From Octopus sinensis (lineage: Eukaryota), in contig NC_042999.1 of the NCBI RefSeq assembly GCF_006345805.1, positions 101,680,001-101,744,000 on the forward strand: DNA of 64,000 nucleotides. Direction: 5' to 3'. Both the position numbers and the translations under genes were made by a program. Below are positions 12,401 to 27,400 of this stretch, one piece after another. The first letter of the stretch is position 1, and every line of letters starts with the position of its first letter. Below the pieces are notes generated by a model that saw nothing but the letters and a program-made list of their open reading frames with translations, had not been told where the DNA came from and made no database searches.

Positions 12401-15400
12401 ATCTCTGGAATCCGTGGTCCGATTTACACAAAACTTGTTTTATCTTGCTTGTATTCATATTTCAGGGATATCTTTCTTTCAGAGTATTTTCCTATTATGT
12501 GCCTGTTTGGCTGTATTAAATTACACAAGCAATCAATCACAGACTTTTAGTATTATATAGATATCAATAATAATAAATGCAAAAGCAAATGTCAGTATGT
12601 CATACTCTTTCAACCTTACTCCTCCGACCCCCCTCTCTCACTATTCAGTAACACTTCTACTATTCCTCATGCTTTACCCCTCTCTCATCATCATCATCGT
12701 TTAACGTTCGCTTTCCATGCTAGCATGCACCAGGCTCCAATCTTGATCTGGCAGAGTTTCTACAGCTGGATGCCCTTCCTAATGCCAACTACTCTGAGAG
12801 TGTAGTGGGTGTTTTTACGTGCCACCGGCACGGGGGGGCAGTCAGGCGGTACTGGCAACGACCTCGCACGAATCTTTTTACACATGCCACTGGCACAGGT
12901 GCCAGTAAGGTGACGCTGGTAACGATCACGCTCAAATGTTGCCTGTTACGTGCCACCGGCATGGAAGCCAGTTAGCCGCTCTGGCAACGATCACGCTCAG
13001 ATGGTGCTCTTAGCACCCTACTAGCACAGGGCACAAGTGCCAGTAAGGCGACGCTGGTAACGATCACACTCAAATGGTGCCTTTTATGTTCCACTGACAC
13101 GGAAGGTTTATTAGCCGCTCTGTCAACGGTCACACTCGTATGGTGCTCTTTGCACCCTGCTAGCACGGATGCCAGTCATCGATTTTGATTTTGATTTTAC
13201 TTGCCTCAACAGGTCTTCGCAAGCAGAGTTTAGTGTCCAAAGAAGGAAAAGGTACGCATAAGTGGGCTGGTTATGCCTCTGGCATAGGTTCACTATTCAA
13301 TTACACTTCTACTATTCCTCATGCTTTACCCCTTTCTTACTTTTCAATGACATTTCTAACTGTATCAAGTAATTTAACCATAACACGTTTCATAACATTT
13401 GGACCTGAAATACGTTTTGAACCCACTCTCTCATACAATATTACCTCTCATAACTCTCTACCATAAAAATATTGGAAAAAATTTAGTATTTTTTCAGATA
13501 TTGATAAAATTTGTTGGACCTATTTGCATGCCATCGGCCATCAAAGCTATGGAAACTTAGTGCATTCCATAAAGGCAACGAGCTGGCAGAAACATTAGCG
13601 AGCCGGGCAAAATGCTTAGCAGTATTTCGTCTGCCATTACGTTCTGAGTTCAAATTCTGCCAAGGTCAACTTTGCCTCTCCTCCTTTTAGGGTCGATAAA
13701 TTAAGTACCAGACACACACTGGGGTCGATGTAATCAACTTAATCCCTTTGTCTGTCCTTGTTTGTCCCCTCTATGTTTAGCCCCTTGTGGGCAATAAAGA
13801 AATAGGAAACTTAGTGCATTCCAACTGCATGAGAATAGATTTGACAAATTTTATTATTACCTTAAAAAATACTAATTCTTCTCTCTAAAAAAGTTTTTTT
13901 CTTAATCCTAACATTTTGGAAAAAATATTTCTCTAAATATTATAACTATTTCCAAAAGTAATTTCCAAAATAAACATTTTGAAAAAATCTAACACTTGCT
14001 TCATAATGTTCAGAACTGAAATCCGTATTGAACTTACTCTCTCATGCCGCCAGAGCTATGGAAACTAAGCGCACTTCAACTGCATAAAAATAGATTCAAC
14101 TAATTTTATTATTACCTTAAAAAATACTAAAAATACTAAATTTCAAACATCTTTATCGTCAAATATATTTAGAGCAATTCCAAACCATAAAAATCGCACT
14201 TTAAAATATTGTTTAGCGACAGTGATGTAATTTTCCTTCAAACTACAAACCGGAGTTTATCTATGTACCAGCTACTACAAATAATTATTTGTATGAAAAG
14301 TAAGGCCCTACATATATCAAATTGTCTTTAAATTAAATGGCATCAGAAGAATTATCGTTGAACTTTTAAAAGGTGAGTTTATTGTTGCCTACAGCCAGCT
14401 ATATGTTGTTCAAGAGTAGGGAATGGAAACAAGCTACTTGTACTGACCCTGCATAGGAAAACAAAAAATGTTGTTTATCATACAGTTTTGCAATAAGTTC
14501 CAAATCAACAAATTATATCATTGTTTTGATGAAAATTGTTCATTGCTTGAAATAAAATTCAAGTTCAATAAAATTTAATATGTACTCAATGCATGAAGTG
14601 TCATTGTTGGGCCCACTGAAGAGCCCTCTACAGGGGCTAGCTTTCAAGCCAGTATATAATATATGTATAATACATATAATCATCATTATCATGTAACATC
14701 CACTTTTCCATGCTCATATGGGTTAGATGGGAATTTTTTTAAAAACAAATTTTGTACAGCCAGATGCCCTTCTTATTGCCGACCTCCACTTGTGTCCAAG
14801 CTTTCATGTATTCAGATAAGTTTGTATGTTGTGAAAGAAAAGAAGAATTTGACATTTTGGAATTAACTCTTTGTCAGAGAGAGATGGAACAAATTAATTT
14901 CATTCCCAAACTATCAGATTCCTTTTCTTCTTGCCACATACAAATTTCTCAAACACCTGAACCACACAATATGATTTTTTTACCAACAGAAGCTATCACC
15001 TTTTTACCTTTTTTTTTTTTTTTTTTTTTTTGTTACTTAATATTCATTTTGTTTGTTTTTTATGCTTGCATGGATGGATGGTCATTATTGAGGAATTAAT
15101 TTACAGCTGTATGCTTTTCTTTTTGCTCTTATCTGCTTTACCCGAAGAGATTTCTTTTTATTCTACTTCTCTTCAAAAGTACAGAGCCACAGGATGATTT
15201 GTAATATATTATTATCTACTACATGTATATATATTCTACAATTGTGTTTGATAAGCATATGATTGGCATAAACAGATTTGTAGTTTGATAAAGGAATAGT
15301 GTATTGTATGTTCAATGAAAAAAGAAAAGAAAAAATGCCTTATAGTCTATACTGCTGGTTTAATTAAATATTATATTGTATCAATCAAAAACATAATGTA

Positions 15401-18400
15401 TGAGTTTAATAATAAAAACATTTTTGCCTTTCTTTCCATTTCAGAACCAAACAAAGTAAATTCACACAGCAATGACAATGAGAAACAAATGCTTGAAACA
15501 ACCAATCTAAACAAATTAATGAATCTCAGAAAAACTTCTGAAGTAAATAATATAATTACATTACATATTTCTAAAATATGAAAACATATTTATCATCATA
15601 AAAAGCTTAGTATGAGACTATCATCCAATGTGTTGTTGCTATTATTATCAACATTATTATTATGAAGATGGCGAGATGGCAGAACTGTTAGTATGCCAGA
15701 TAAAATGCTTAGTAGCATTTTACCCATCTTTATGATCTGAGTTCAAATTCCACCAATATTGACTTTGCCTTTCACCCTTTCAGGGTTGATAAAATGAATA
15801 CCAGTTGAGCACTGGGGTCAATGTAACCAACTTATTCCCTCCACTGAAACTGCTGGCCTTGTGCCAAAATTTGAAATTATCATTATTATTATCATTACTA
15901 CTACAACTACTACTTAGGCAGTGAGCTAGCAGAATCGTTAGCATGCCAGGCAAAATGCTTAGCGGCATTTTGTCCATCTTTATATTCTTAGTTCAGGTTC
16001 CGCCATGGTCGACTTTGCCTTTCATCCTTTCAGGATCAACGAATAAATACCAGTTATGCACTGGGATCGATGCAGTTGACTAGCCTTCTCCCCAAAAATT
16101 TTGGGCCTTGTGCCTAGTACAAGTATCATACCAAACTGACCAGAACTTGTATGTTTTTAAAAAGTTTCTCTGAGATAAAGTATTACAGCTATTGCCATTC
16201 TGCATGATAAATGTTATATTCATCAGTATTTTAAACTAATGCTATCTCAAATGCATATACCAAATTGATTTTAGCTTAACTAGCTTTTGCCAAATCAGTG
16301 AATGTTTTGTTTTCTGATTTCTTTATTAGATTGAATATTTCAACTTAGCTCAGAATGTCCAAGGGTGTTTTGCCACTGAGGAAACCAAATCAGGCTGAAA
16401 CACCATATCTGATAATCTACTGACAATATTCTGAATGAGCTCTCTTTTCTAATACACAAATCTCTTTGAGAAGTTTCTCTGAGACAAAATATTTATTGGT
16501 GATCATTCTGTATTTGTATACACATTATTATTTTAATCTAGTACTGATTCAACTGCATCTAATATATTTTAGCCATGCTTGCATGGATCAGATAAGAGTA
16601 TGTTGGTGCAAAGTTATCTGTGGCTGGATGTTTTTCTTGCCACCAACTTCTACATGAGGTTACAATCTCCCAAACATACACACACACACATATAAATGAA
16701 TATATGTGTGTATAATGTGTTGTAATTTACCTCCAATTCTGTTGTATTTTAGGCAACTTCTCATATCCTTGCTTAAATTGAGTTAAAATATTACTGATAT
16801 TTAATTTACAATTTCATCTTCTGTAGCTCTTTCTCTGTTGTAACACCAAAATTATTACATTTGCAGTGTGACGTTGACAACCTGTCACAGCTTGTTGTAA
16901 TCAGAGTGAAGGAAAATATGAAAGATCCTGAATTTCTAATCAGAACTAGCATTAAAGGAATTAATACACCTGATTTGCTTCATTTTCAGGTTTGTAGCCT
17001 TTATTTCTTTTTTTGATATCATCATTCCATTTTTGTTATACCCAGAGGCACCCAAGATACATGACCACTGACCACAGTAACTATTTTAAACTATGATATC
17101 AATTATTGTCATGTGTCCCTAGATATATGCTGCAAAACACCGCTTACCCAACTGATGTCAGTCACTTATTTTGCCTACTCCACTGTTGATTTGATTAAAA
17201 GTAGAAATGACATTTAGCTATAAACAAGTATTTTCTCAACAGGTACATACTAGAGTGTTACCTGTTATATGATGGCTAACATTGGAAGTATACTTATGCC
17301 ACTATGGTCAATATCAGGAAGTATGGCACCTGTGCAATGATTATTATTTAACTTTTATCAAATTTCTTGATATTTATTTATGCAAAATAATGAAATGGAT
17401 ATTAATTTTCAAAAGAAAAATATTTATTACCATAAAATTAAATAACACAAATTTCTCATTTCTATAACCATCATTTACTCCCTCTCCTCCCTCTATGATT
17501 CTTTCTCCTTCATTGTGCATGTGTGTACAGCATTCCTTTACTCATTGCCTAATAACTGCACTCATCCTACACTTCTTATGATAACTCTCTCCATATCTCT
17601 CTTTTACGCTCTCTTCCCCTCTCTCTGTATGATGTAAAGCTTGATTAGAAAAATCATCAAACATACCAACCAACTGACCAACGTTTATATTAGCTATTAT
17701 TATACAGAGATCTCTAAATTATTGTAAGAGTCATATTGACCAGGACTTTAAATTTTGCCTGATGGCTTATTCAGCCATTTTGACCAAACAAAGCAAAACT
17801 TGAAGGGAGAGATTTAAAGTCCTAGTCAACATGAATTTGACAATAAATTTGACTCTACCTTCAGTGTATCAAGCTCCCTACCCATCAGTAAATGTTCTGT
17901 TTTTATTCTTTAACTTACTTTAAAATAATAACATCAATTTGATATTTATCTGTGTAAATTATCAAGAACCCTCTCACCTGTATTAGCATGGAAAACGAAT
18001 AAACACAGTAAAGGAAATTGGTAAATTGGTGACAGTCAAATTGTATTATTAGCTGAAATATCAACTCATTCATTACATTCACTTTGAACTAGGTTTCACA
18101 GCCTTTTTCCCCCCATTCTGTCATCAGTGCCATAGCTTTTTAAGTTATTGGTGTGTTGTTGTTTAGTTTCATGTCAAACTTGATTGGACAGGCCTAGGGT
18201 CAAAGGCAGTCCAGACATAACCATTCCATCTGTTTTCTATATCAGGGACTACATAGTGCAATGTATTTTTCCTTTTCTTTTTATTTTAAGACAACAGGGA
18301 CATTTGGAAGCTATTTCTAGTAGGTTTACTGACTGGGTAGAGGCCAAGTTCGACATCTCATTAAGTAGAATTGTAACCTGTTGTCAACCAAGCTACCCAC

Positions 18401-21400
18401 ATATAACACACTAACACCGTTATAGAAGATTGATAAAAATCATCTTAATTATGTCATAGTTAAGAGAATGGAAACAAATAACTTATATTACACATCCAAC
18501 AGAGCATGCTAGTTCTATTTCTTTCCAGTCTTTTCAGTCCTCTGAATTCAAGGCCCATGTTTCACCACCATGCAAACATTGCACTTCACATAAGTGTTGT
18601 ACAATCTGCCCTTCACTTTGCAGGAAAAGACTTTTGTTACCAGGAGATTGATAAAATATATTACATGTCATTGATTGCACATAATATTCAGCAAATAAAC
18701 ATCAACAGATGAGTTAATGAGGGAGCCTCAACATGCTAAAGATAGCAACCAAATTTCCCTCTGATCACACCCTACAGTCAGGATATGATTTAAAATAGGA
18801 ATGACATCGTGAATAATGTAATCCCTGACAGTCTGTTTCTGAAGAAAATAAAGATGGTCATGAAATGCCATTTGATTTTAAGTTTGCTCATTCGGAGTTG
18901 ACAAAGGACTAATAAAGAAAAACTGTCATTTGTGAAACCATTCATATACAAACACTGCTGATTATTATTGCCTTTGTAGAAAGAAAATCTTGTTGAATAA
19001 TTTTTTTTTTTTTACAGACTTTAAAACAAGTTCTCATCGTTGGAAGCAACATACAGACGTCTCTGCAGCTTTTTAATTTTGCCAAGGATTTTAAGTTAAT
19101 CAAACTTGCTAATGTGGTAGGTATTGTGTTTGATTCTTCTTTTTTTTTTCTTTCTTTTTTTCTCCTTTTTTTTTTTTGCATTGTTTAAAAGAAATATTCT
19201 TTACCAGTTCCTTGATTAATTTTTTTTTCTTTTTAACAAATAAAATTGTAAAAGAGCTATTCCTTTTATTTAGATAACTGTCTTTTATATAGGCACACAG
19301 GCAAAATCACAGAAATGTAAATTGAATTTATGATTTTTTTTCTGATTTTTTCCTTAAATGACACTGATGGTGAAACTAAATAAAAAGAAATATCAACAGC
19401 TAGAAATCAAAACTAAGCTAGTGACTTCACTTGTGAGGTTACTTCTGCATGTATCTTTATTATAATGTGATTTATTATTGAGCTGGTAGAACCGTTAATG
19501 CAGTGAACAAAGTGTTCAGTGGCTTTTCTTCTGGCTCTTTGCAGTTTAAGTTTAAATCTGCTAATTTCAACTTTGCTTTACATCCTTTCAGAGTTAATAA
19601 ACTAAAGTACCAGTCAAGTGTTGGGTTCAATATAATCAACTGACCCCATCCCCCAAAAAATTTCAGGCCTAGTGCCTTAGGTAGAGCGAATTATTATTAG
19701 ATTACTGGATTAGCAGAATCATAAATATGTCAAACAAATTGACTTGTGGTATTTCCTCCAGCTCTTTACCTTCTAGGTTCAAATCCTGCCAAGCCAACTT
19801 TGCCTTTCGTACTTTCAGGGTTGATAAAAGGAAGCTGATGATATAGACTTCATATTGTTTAACTCTTTAGCATTTGGATTACCCTGTCAAATGTAATTCT
19901 TATTTGATGTCATTGCTTTGAACTGAACTAACCATGCATTATCTTGTAGTTTTGAGATTCTGGTGATGTGAATGTTATTTTTAGAATGACATTGTAGGGT
20001 AGGTATATAAAGCTGGATTTGGCTGGCTTGAGCATTGAACAAGTAGAATAATATTTCGGGTGGATATGGCCAGTTTAAATGCTAAAGGGTTAAATTAAAA
20101 ACATGGTGAATTGGCAGAATTCTTAGGGCATCAGAGAAATTACTTTACAGTATACTTGAGCAAATGTATTATTCTACTATAGCCCAAAGCTAACCAATAC
20201 CTTACAAGGGAATTTGGTCAATGGAAATTGTGGCAGGATATGGGATACAAATGTTTTTTGTTTTTTTTTTATAGTGAGACATGGAATTGTGAAAAAATGT
20301 TTACCTTTCCTCAGCCTACCCAAACCAATCGCTCCTGCCAAGTGTACTGTGTGAAGACTTTGCTACAGTATAGTGTTATTCTGTGATAAAATATTTTTAG
20401 AAATATTGTTTTTATCCAACTACTGATGGAGCCTATGTTTTTTAGGAAAGTTATTGTGGAACCCTAGGAAAAATAGGTTGTGAAACACTGGAATAATGTT
20501 TCCCACAAAATGCCTGGTGTAATTTGTGCCTATGTTAAAAATCATTACTGTTAGCTATGTTGTATCATCAAAAGATGGATCTTTGGATTCACTTGTAACA
20601 CATTCCTACTGATTAAAGTTTCTTATGTAAAATTATGACAGTTTAATTTAAATAATGAACAATTTAAAATGACACTTTTCTTTGAAAGAACCAAATTATT
20701 AATATGATCGTATATTTCATATGCATGTATAGAAATGCACAATGGAGTATGTAAGTAGTATAAGTTTTAGCTAGCACTGCAATTTGTAAGTAAATGTGTA
20801 TATGTGTGGAGATAAGTCAAATTGTTATTAAAAATATATGTAACACCTACCAAATGCTACATTTTTTTTTTATTTGTCCACTCACTATATATAGACATGG
20901 TAATCAAATAAAGAATAAGAATTATATCCATTTAATACTTTATTTACTTACATACATTTCAAATGACTCAATGTACTGTATCCACAACATATACACTTAA
21001 TTGATTAATTAATCAACCAATTTATGGAGCAATCATCTCACAAACCATTCTCATCATAGCTCAAAAACATCTGTTAAATTTTTAGAAGACAGTCACAAGC
21101 AAAATTAGTGAAGAAGATAACTGATAACAAACATATCAGACTCCCTCTCGTTGTTTATTATCCCTATGGTTTATATTTTTGGGAGGTATTGATATTATCA
21201 AACTTTAAGAAAAACCTTTATGAATAATAAAGTGTTTAATGTCTATATTAGTCAGTCTGTTTAAGGGGAGAAGGAAGTTTGGTATCTAAAGTCAGTTGAG
21301 TGCAATCCTGCATTCAGTAAACAACCGAAGGTAATAAATTGTCTCACTAAAAATTTTTTTTAATTTAATTTTTATAGCTATTAAATCAAATTCCATTTTT

Positions 21401-24400
21401 AAAAAAAGCATTAAAAAATTAGATTAAACTGAATTACATTAGGTGTGATAATTATGGACTCAGTATTGGAAAGACAGATTGAAATTAGAAAGAGTTAGGA
21501 AAGGAACGCTTATACTATTTTTTTTATGGAACAACATAGCCATTTCAGATTTTTACAAACTTGGGGCATACATTAATAATGTTTCCCTTATTCTACTAAT
21601 TAAAAAGTAGGCACAAGACTAACTCAATCACAAATTGCAAAAAAGCATTCAGTTAAGAATCGTATGTCAAAATGTATAGATTCAACATGTAAAAAAAAAA
21701 ATTGTTTAAAAGTGTTAATTTAAAATGTCTTATTGCAGAAATGTTGCTTCTTGTCTAAATTAATTGTGAATGTGATAGCCTTCATTGAATTATGTGTCAC
21801 TTCTTTGTAGGAACTTGAAACCCACAGTCGTCCAAAAGGTGTTTGCAGTCTTCCACCAGAGCTTTCCACAAACAGCAGTAATGGTAACATGTTAATCATG
21901 CTAGGTAAACGCTCAGAGACAAACCCTTCCATTTTCTCCACCTCCACAGAATCTAAGTATGAACTGTGGTTGCAGTGCTTTTCACTGGACAATGCACAAA
22001 GTAAGTTGATTTATTATTTTATTTCTAACAGAGATGGATTAACCCTTTCATTACTATATTTCTGTTGAAATACACTGCCTTTTTCTCAATTAATTTTGAA
22101 AGTAATTTTTTAAAATATTAAACTAATGCTGACATTATTCATCTGGGGGTTTGGAACATAAATTAACATGAAATTTTAATGGAAATTTTAAATTAGATTA
22201 CTTTAAAATGTGAAATTTTTATCAGGACCGAGGGCAGTTTCTGGCAAGTTGGTATCTAAAGGGTTAAACACAAAGAAGTGTGTTTGTATCTTTGGTGTAA
22301 TACAAGTTATATTGGTTGTTATTATTGAGCCCCAAGTCAACCATATTCAAGCAGAACTATGATTAAATGTCTTCCACCCATGACCATCACATTTATATGT
22401 ATATCAGTGTATCCTTTATTTAAAACAGTGTGATGTGATTTGAGTGAAATTTGACTTCTACTTCATGATGGGTGTTTGCTTTAAAAAAGATATGCTTCTA
22501 ACAAACTAAGCTTGCAACATGGTATCAGTAACCAGTTGTAGCATATTTCTTTATAATTATGCTACTTTTATGTTTAGATCTGATTAGGAAATACACTATT
22601 TTGTCATGCTCTTTTATCTACTAAATTGTCCAGCTACTTAGTGACCTTCTCATTATTACTTCTGCTTGTATAATGAAGTTTATGTTTCGCAGATGATGTC
22701 TATTAAGATTGAAACATGTCTAGTGTTGTCTCCCATATTTGCTGGAAATATTAAAATAATATTTGTCATTAAGCTAATATTGTCTTTTCTTTCTTTTTAC
22801 ATAAGCACTTCTAGCTATAGTTTAAAGCTCTCTACATTAAAATATATTAAGATAAAACATTTGACTGTCACCCTAATATACAAGATAGATAATTTTATAC
22901 ACAAACTGGTAACAAGGTATCCTATAATTAATTACATGTTAAAATTATCATATGCATATTTTTTTGTTTTCATATTCTCTTGAACTTTTTTATATTTCAT
23001 GATTTGAAATATTAATCCTCCCACTTGTATATATTGGGTCATCCCATAAATAAAGCAGTTTTTTCAATTGCATGAACTAAAAGTCAGAGAGGGTGGGATA
23101 AACTACCTGCATCAACTTGCTGTAAAAGCAGGTAGTAATTTTACCTTGTGCTTATTCTTAGTGCAAGTTTTGAAGAGTGCAGTTCGATTTTAACAGTTAT
23201 TTTTTCAAAACTATAATGGAAGTGAAAAAGCAGCATATTTTGCTTCATGAGTTCAATAGAGGCAACAATGCAACAGAAAGTGTGAGGAATATTAATGCAG
23301 TAAATGGGGATCAGACAATAAGTGTAGACCATTCTCGGTGGTGGTTCCAGAAATTCCAAGCCAGAAGCTACAGCCTAGAAGACAAGCCTCATCCTGGAAA
23401 ATCTGTAGAGCTCGATGAGGATGATGTCCTGCAAACCCTAGTGGAACAAAATCCCATCATAACTGTTGAGGAACTAGCAGAGAAGCTTAGATTTGGTCAT
23501 TCAACCATTCATCAACATCTGCGTGCCATCGGAAAAGTCAGCAAATTGGGTCAGTGGATTCCTCACAAACTTTCCAAGTGTAATCGCGCACAGAGAGTGA
23601 ATCTGTGCTCTACTTTGCTGTCACATCACGAATGAACCTTTTTTGGACAAAATAGTGAATGGCGACAAGAAATGGGTTCCCAAACCAAACGATAACAAAG
23701 GAGATCTACTGTGAGCAGCTTGAGTGGCTTAAGTCAGTGCTAGAAGAAAAACAACCATCTTTGGTTTCAAGATGAAAAGTGTTCTTCCATCAGGATAATG
23801 CTCGGCAACATACAGCAAGGATGACATTCCAATGACTTGAGCAGTTTGAATGGGAAATGATGCCTCAGCCACCATATTCACCAGATATTGCCCCATCTGA
23901 TTATCATTTATTCCGCAATCTTCAAAATCATTTAGATGGGGGTGAAAAATATGAATTCTGTAGACAAGATCAGAACAGTCCTGGAGAAGTATTTTTCATC
24001 ATGGACAAGTGAATTTTGGAAAAGGGGCCTTGCAAGTCTACCAGATAGATGGAAGAGCATTGTAGAAAATGAAGGAGAGTATATTTTAGATTAAAAAAAA
24101 TTTTTTTTATCTTAATTTTGAAAAATAAAAGAACTATAAAAAAAACTGCATTATTTATGGGATGACCCAATATTCTTTTATTTTTTTACAAGTTTCAGTC
24201 ATTTGACTGTGGCCATGCTGGAGCACTAGCTTTAGTTGAACAACTCAACCCCAGAACTTATTTTTTGTAAGCCTAGTACTTACTCTATCGGTCTCTTTTG
24301 CCGAACTGCTAAGTTATGGGCATGTAAACACACCAACATCAGTTGTCAAGCGATGGGGGAGGGAGGGCAAACAGAAACACACAAATATATGATGGGCTTC

Positions 24401-27400
24401 TTTCAGTTTCCGTCTACCAAATCCAATCACAAGGCTTTGGTCAGCCCAAGGCTACAATAGAAGATACTTGCCCAAGCTGCCACACAGTGGGATTGAACCC
24501 AGAATCATGTGGTTGGAAGCAAGCTTCTTACCACACCTGCCCCTGTATATTTGTAAATGTTTAGAAACGTTTTATGCCATGTTTACATATATGTTCTTGA
24601 GCACTAATATCATTTATCTCTTGACCCAACATATCCAACTACCAGAAGATTAGCTGCCTCTATTTTTGCCCCATTCATTTGATTGCTTAAGTGTATGTTC
24701 TGTTACCTTAGAAATTATCCAATCCAGGAAGTTGACATTTTTATACCTTTGTTTACAACTCACTACATCCACTCCTTACTTGTCTCTGAACCCCTGCTAC
24801 TGTGTAACTCTCTTATACCCCTTTCCTCCACTCCACATCATATTCTTATTTCAGACATTTGACTGCGGCCATGCTGGAGCACCGCCTTTAGTCGAGCAAC
24901 TCGACCCCGGGACTTATTCTTTGTAAGCCCAGTACTTATTTTATCGGTCTCTTTTGCCGAACCGCTAAGTGACGGAGACATAAACACACCAGCATCGGTT
25001 GTCAAGCAATGCTAGGGAGACAAATACAGACACACAAACACACACGCACATATATATATATATATATACATATATACAACGGGCTTCTGTCAGTTTCTGT
25101 CTACCAAATCCACTCACAAGGCTTTGGTCGGCCCGAGGCTATTATAGAAGACACTTGCCCAAGGTGCCACGTAGTGGGACTGAACCCGGAACCATGTGGT
25201 TGGTATGCAAGCTACTTACCACACACCCACTCCTGCACCTATATATTCACCTTCTTGCAAACTTGGTACACCCTGATATCTTCTCACCACCATCTTTTCT
25301 CTATAGTAAGACACCTGTTCCTAACACATTTAAGCCTCTTAACACTTGGTGCAAAGCCACATCCTGCACTCTGATTCAGTCAAGAGGTCTTGTTTTGCAA
25401 ATTAGTGAGCGACCTCATTAGTGCTGGTGCTACAGAAAAAAGCACCAATACACTCTGTGAAGTGGTTCACATTAGGAAGGGCATAAAAAAAAGCAAGGAT
25501 TTATACAAACAAATGAAATTTAAGTAGAAATATATTTACACACAATTACTTTCAGATGTTGGGCACTTAGAGTATAAACATTCTTATATACTTTATACCA
25601 TTTTATCTTGTAGCTTCAAGATTCCGATGATATTTTTTTTTTTTTAGAATGACATTGTAGGGTAGGTATGAGAAGCCAAATCTAGATGGTTTGAACATAA
25701 AACAAGGTAGAACATTTGGGTCAGATATGACAAGTTTAAATGCTAAAGGGTTAAGGTGGGCTTCAATGATTTGGCTGCTATTTCTTGCTGGTTGAACAAC
25801 TACCTTGGTTCTATAATGTAAACTCTCTGTTTTAAAGTGATCTAACTTAAAAACTTGCATCAAAATTTCTTGTTAATTTATGTTCCAAACACCAGCTTAA
25901 CAGTTATTTTACTAAATTCTTCATTATTTTCAAAATTAATTTAAACATAAGTAGAGTACTTCAATAGAAATATGGTAATAAAAGTTAAAACTTGTCTGAT
26001 ATGGTTTAGTTAGGTTCCCCTTACCTTTCATCTTTCCACAGTCAACAGAATAAGTGCTGGTGTCACTAGAATTGACTATACTCTAGAAAGTGGTATTCCA
26101 GTATGGCCAGTGTTCATTGTCTGAGGTTTTTCTCCAGCCATACTTTCTACTTGTTTATTTCCAACTTAGCTCTCAGAAAATATTTTAATTATCAATGATT
26201 TCCATAAAAAAAAATAGTTTACTGATGGAACTGTAAGTTATTTAGGTGAGAACATTTGTTTTAAATAATTGTCCATTAAGAAGCTGCTTCTGCATTCTTC
26301 ACCTTGATAAACAATGAATTTTTTTTTTCTAGTAGTCAAACATTACTTATAAATATTGTAAAGTTTATTGTCTGTTATGTTTTCCATCTTGGAGCTTCAT
26401 GGTCATCAATAAAATAGCTTAGAGATTAACTTAAGAAACTATTCTTCTTTGGTGCCTGTCTTAAGTCAAGGACCAATGCTTCTTAATCAGCATCAAACAT
26501 GATTTCTTCAGTCTTGGATTAATTCTAAATACTCTGTATAATTGAAAATAGTTTGTTTCTAATTTCTTACTCACAAAACTAGTTTACCGCTTGCCTGCCT
26601 GAGATATCTCTTTGGAATGTGTGACACAGAGTCAATTACTAGACTGTGCAATTTATCTGATCCTCTTCACTGCTCTCAGAATGTTATCTTCGTGTTAGTG
26701 TGTTGTCTTGGTTACTGAATCACTTAGAATTTTGTCTGAACTACTTGTTCTTGTTGATTTTGGCTATCAAGTCACCATGTTATTTATTCTCATACATGTG
26801 ATGTAAAGATTTTCTTCTTTTTTTTCTGTTGAGATGGAAAACAATATGGCATTTATTGAAAGAGTATTGTTTAATATGTTTCTTATATAGTCAAAGGTTT
26901 ACAAGAAAGGAGTTAGGAAGTGCCTAGACAGTGACACTTTTTTCAAGAGCGTTAGGGATATTAGGGAAACTGATTCATCTAAAATCTAAAATTGCTTCAA
27001 TCTTTTCCTGAGAAATTACTGCCACAATATTTTGTTGTATCTGTGTGTGTGAGTGTGTTGGCTGTATATCATACTTAAAGCATATATACTGTTGAAACCT
27101 TCTAAACTGCAGTATTTGTCTCAAGAAAGTATCTCTTATAGATGTATAGTGTTAAAAACACACATCAACAGCAGATGAAAATTGTTCAGCAACAACAGTG
27201 GCATTGCTGCTTCTTTGAGCTTCATCAATAGCAGGTATCACTAGCATCATATGCTTAGCAAAAATCAACTGTTTGCTGATGTAATTAAACAGAGATTGAA
27301 AGGTCACTGATTTCACATGTTTGAGCTTCAACATGTGCTATTGTTTAGCCATGGTTGAGCCCTTGGTCAACTCTGATTGAACAAACCTATGATCAAAGGC

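Noticed and set aside
12860-13170. Regularly recurring ~35-bp repeats superficially like a CRISPR array
   Set aside because: The intervening segments are themselves related, the context is eukaryotic, there are no cas genes, and it is the antisense RTE 3' UTR array.
14616-14650. CTGAAGA-GCCC..GGGC followed by tagctttc (reverse complement of GAAAGCTA), resembling a hammerhead with a micro-inversion
   Set aside because: The core halves are on opposite strands and no convincing stem I forms even after restoring the inversion.
16827-16866. Upstream acceptor (ctgtag at 16826) extending the exon by 40 nt of open frame
   Set aside because: It needs a phase-2 donor, but the preceding exon ends in phase 0. 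Acceptor 16866 fits without invoking an unseen exon.
24999-25421. 121-140 aa ORFs, and similar ones at 2831, 48598 and 53892, with recurring peptides such as VYQIHSQGFG
   Set aside because: They are translations of SINE family A and its microsatellites, not genes.
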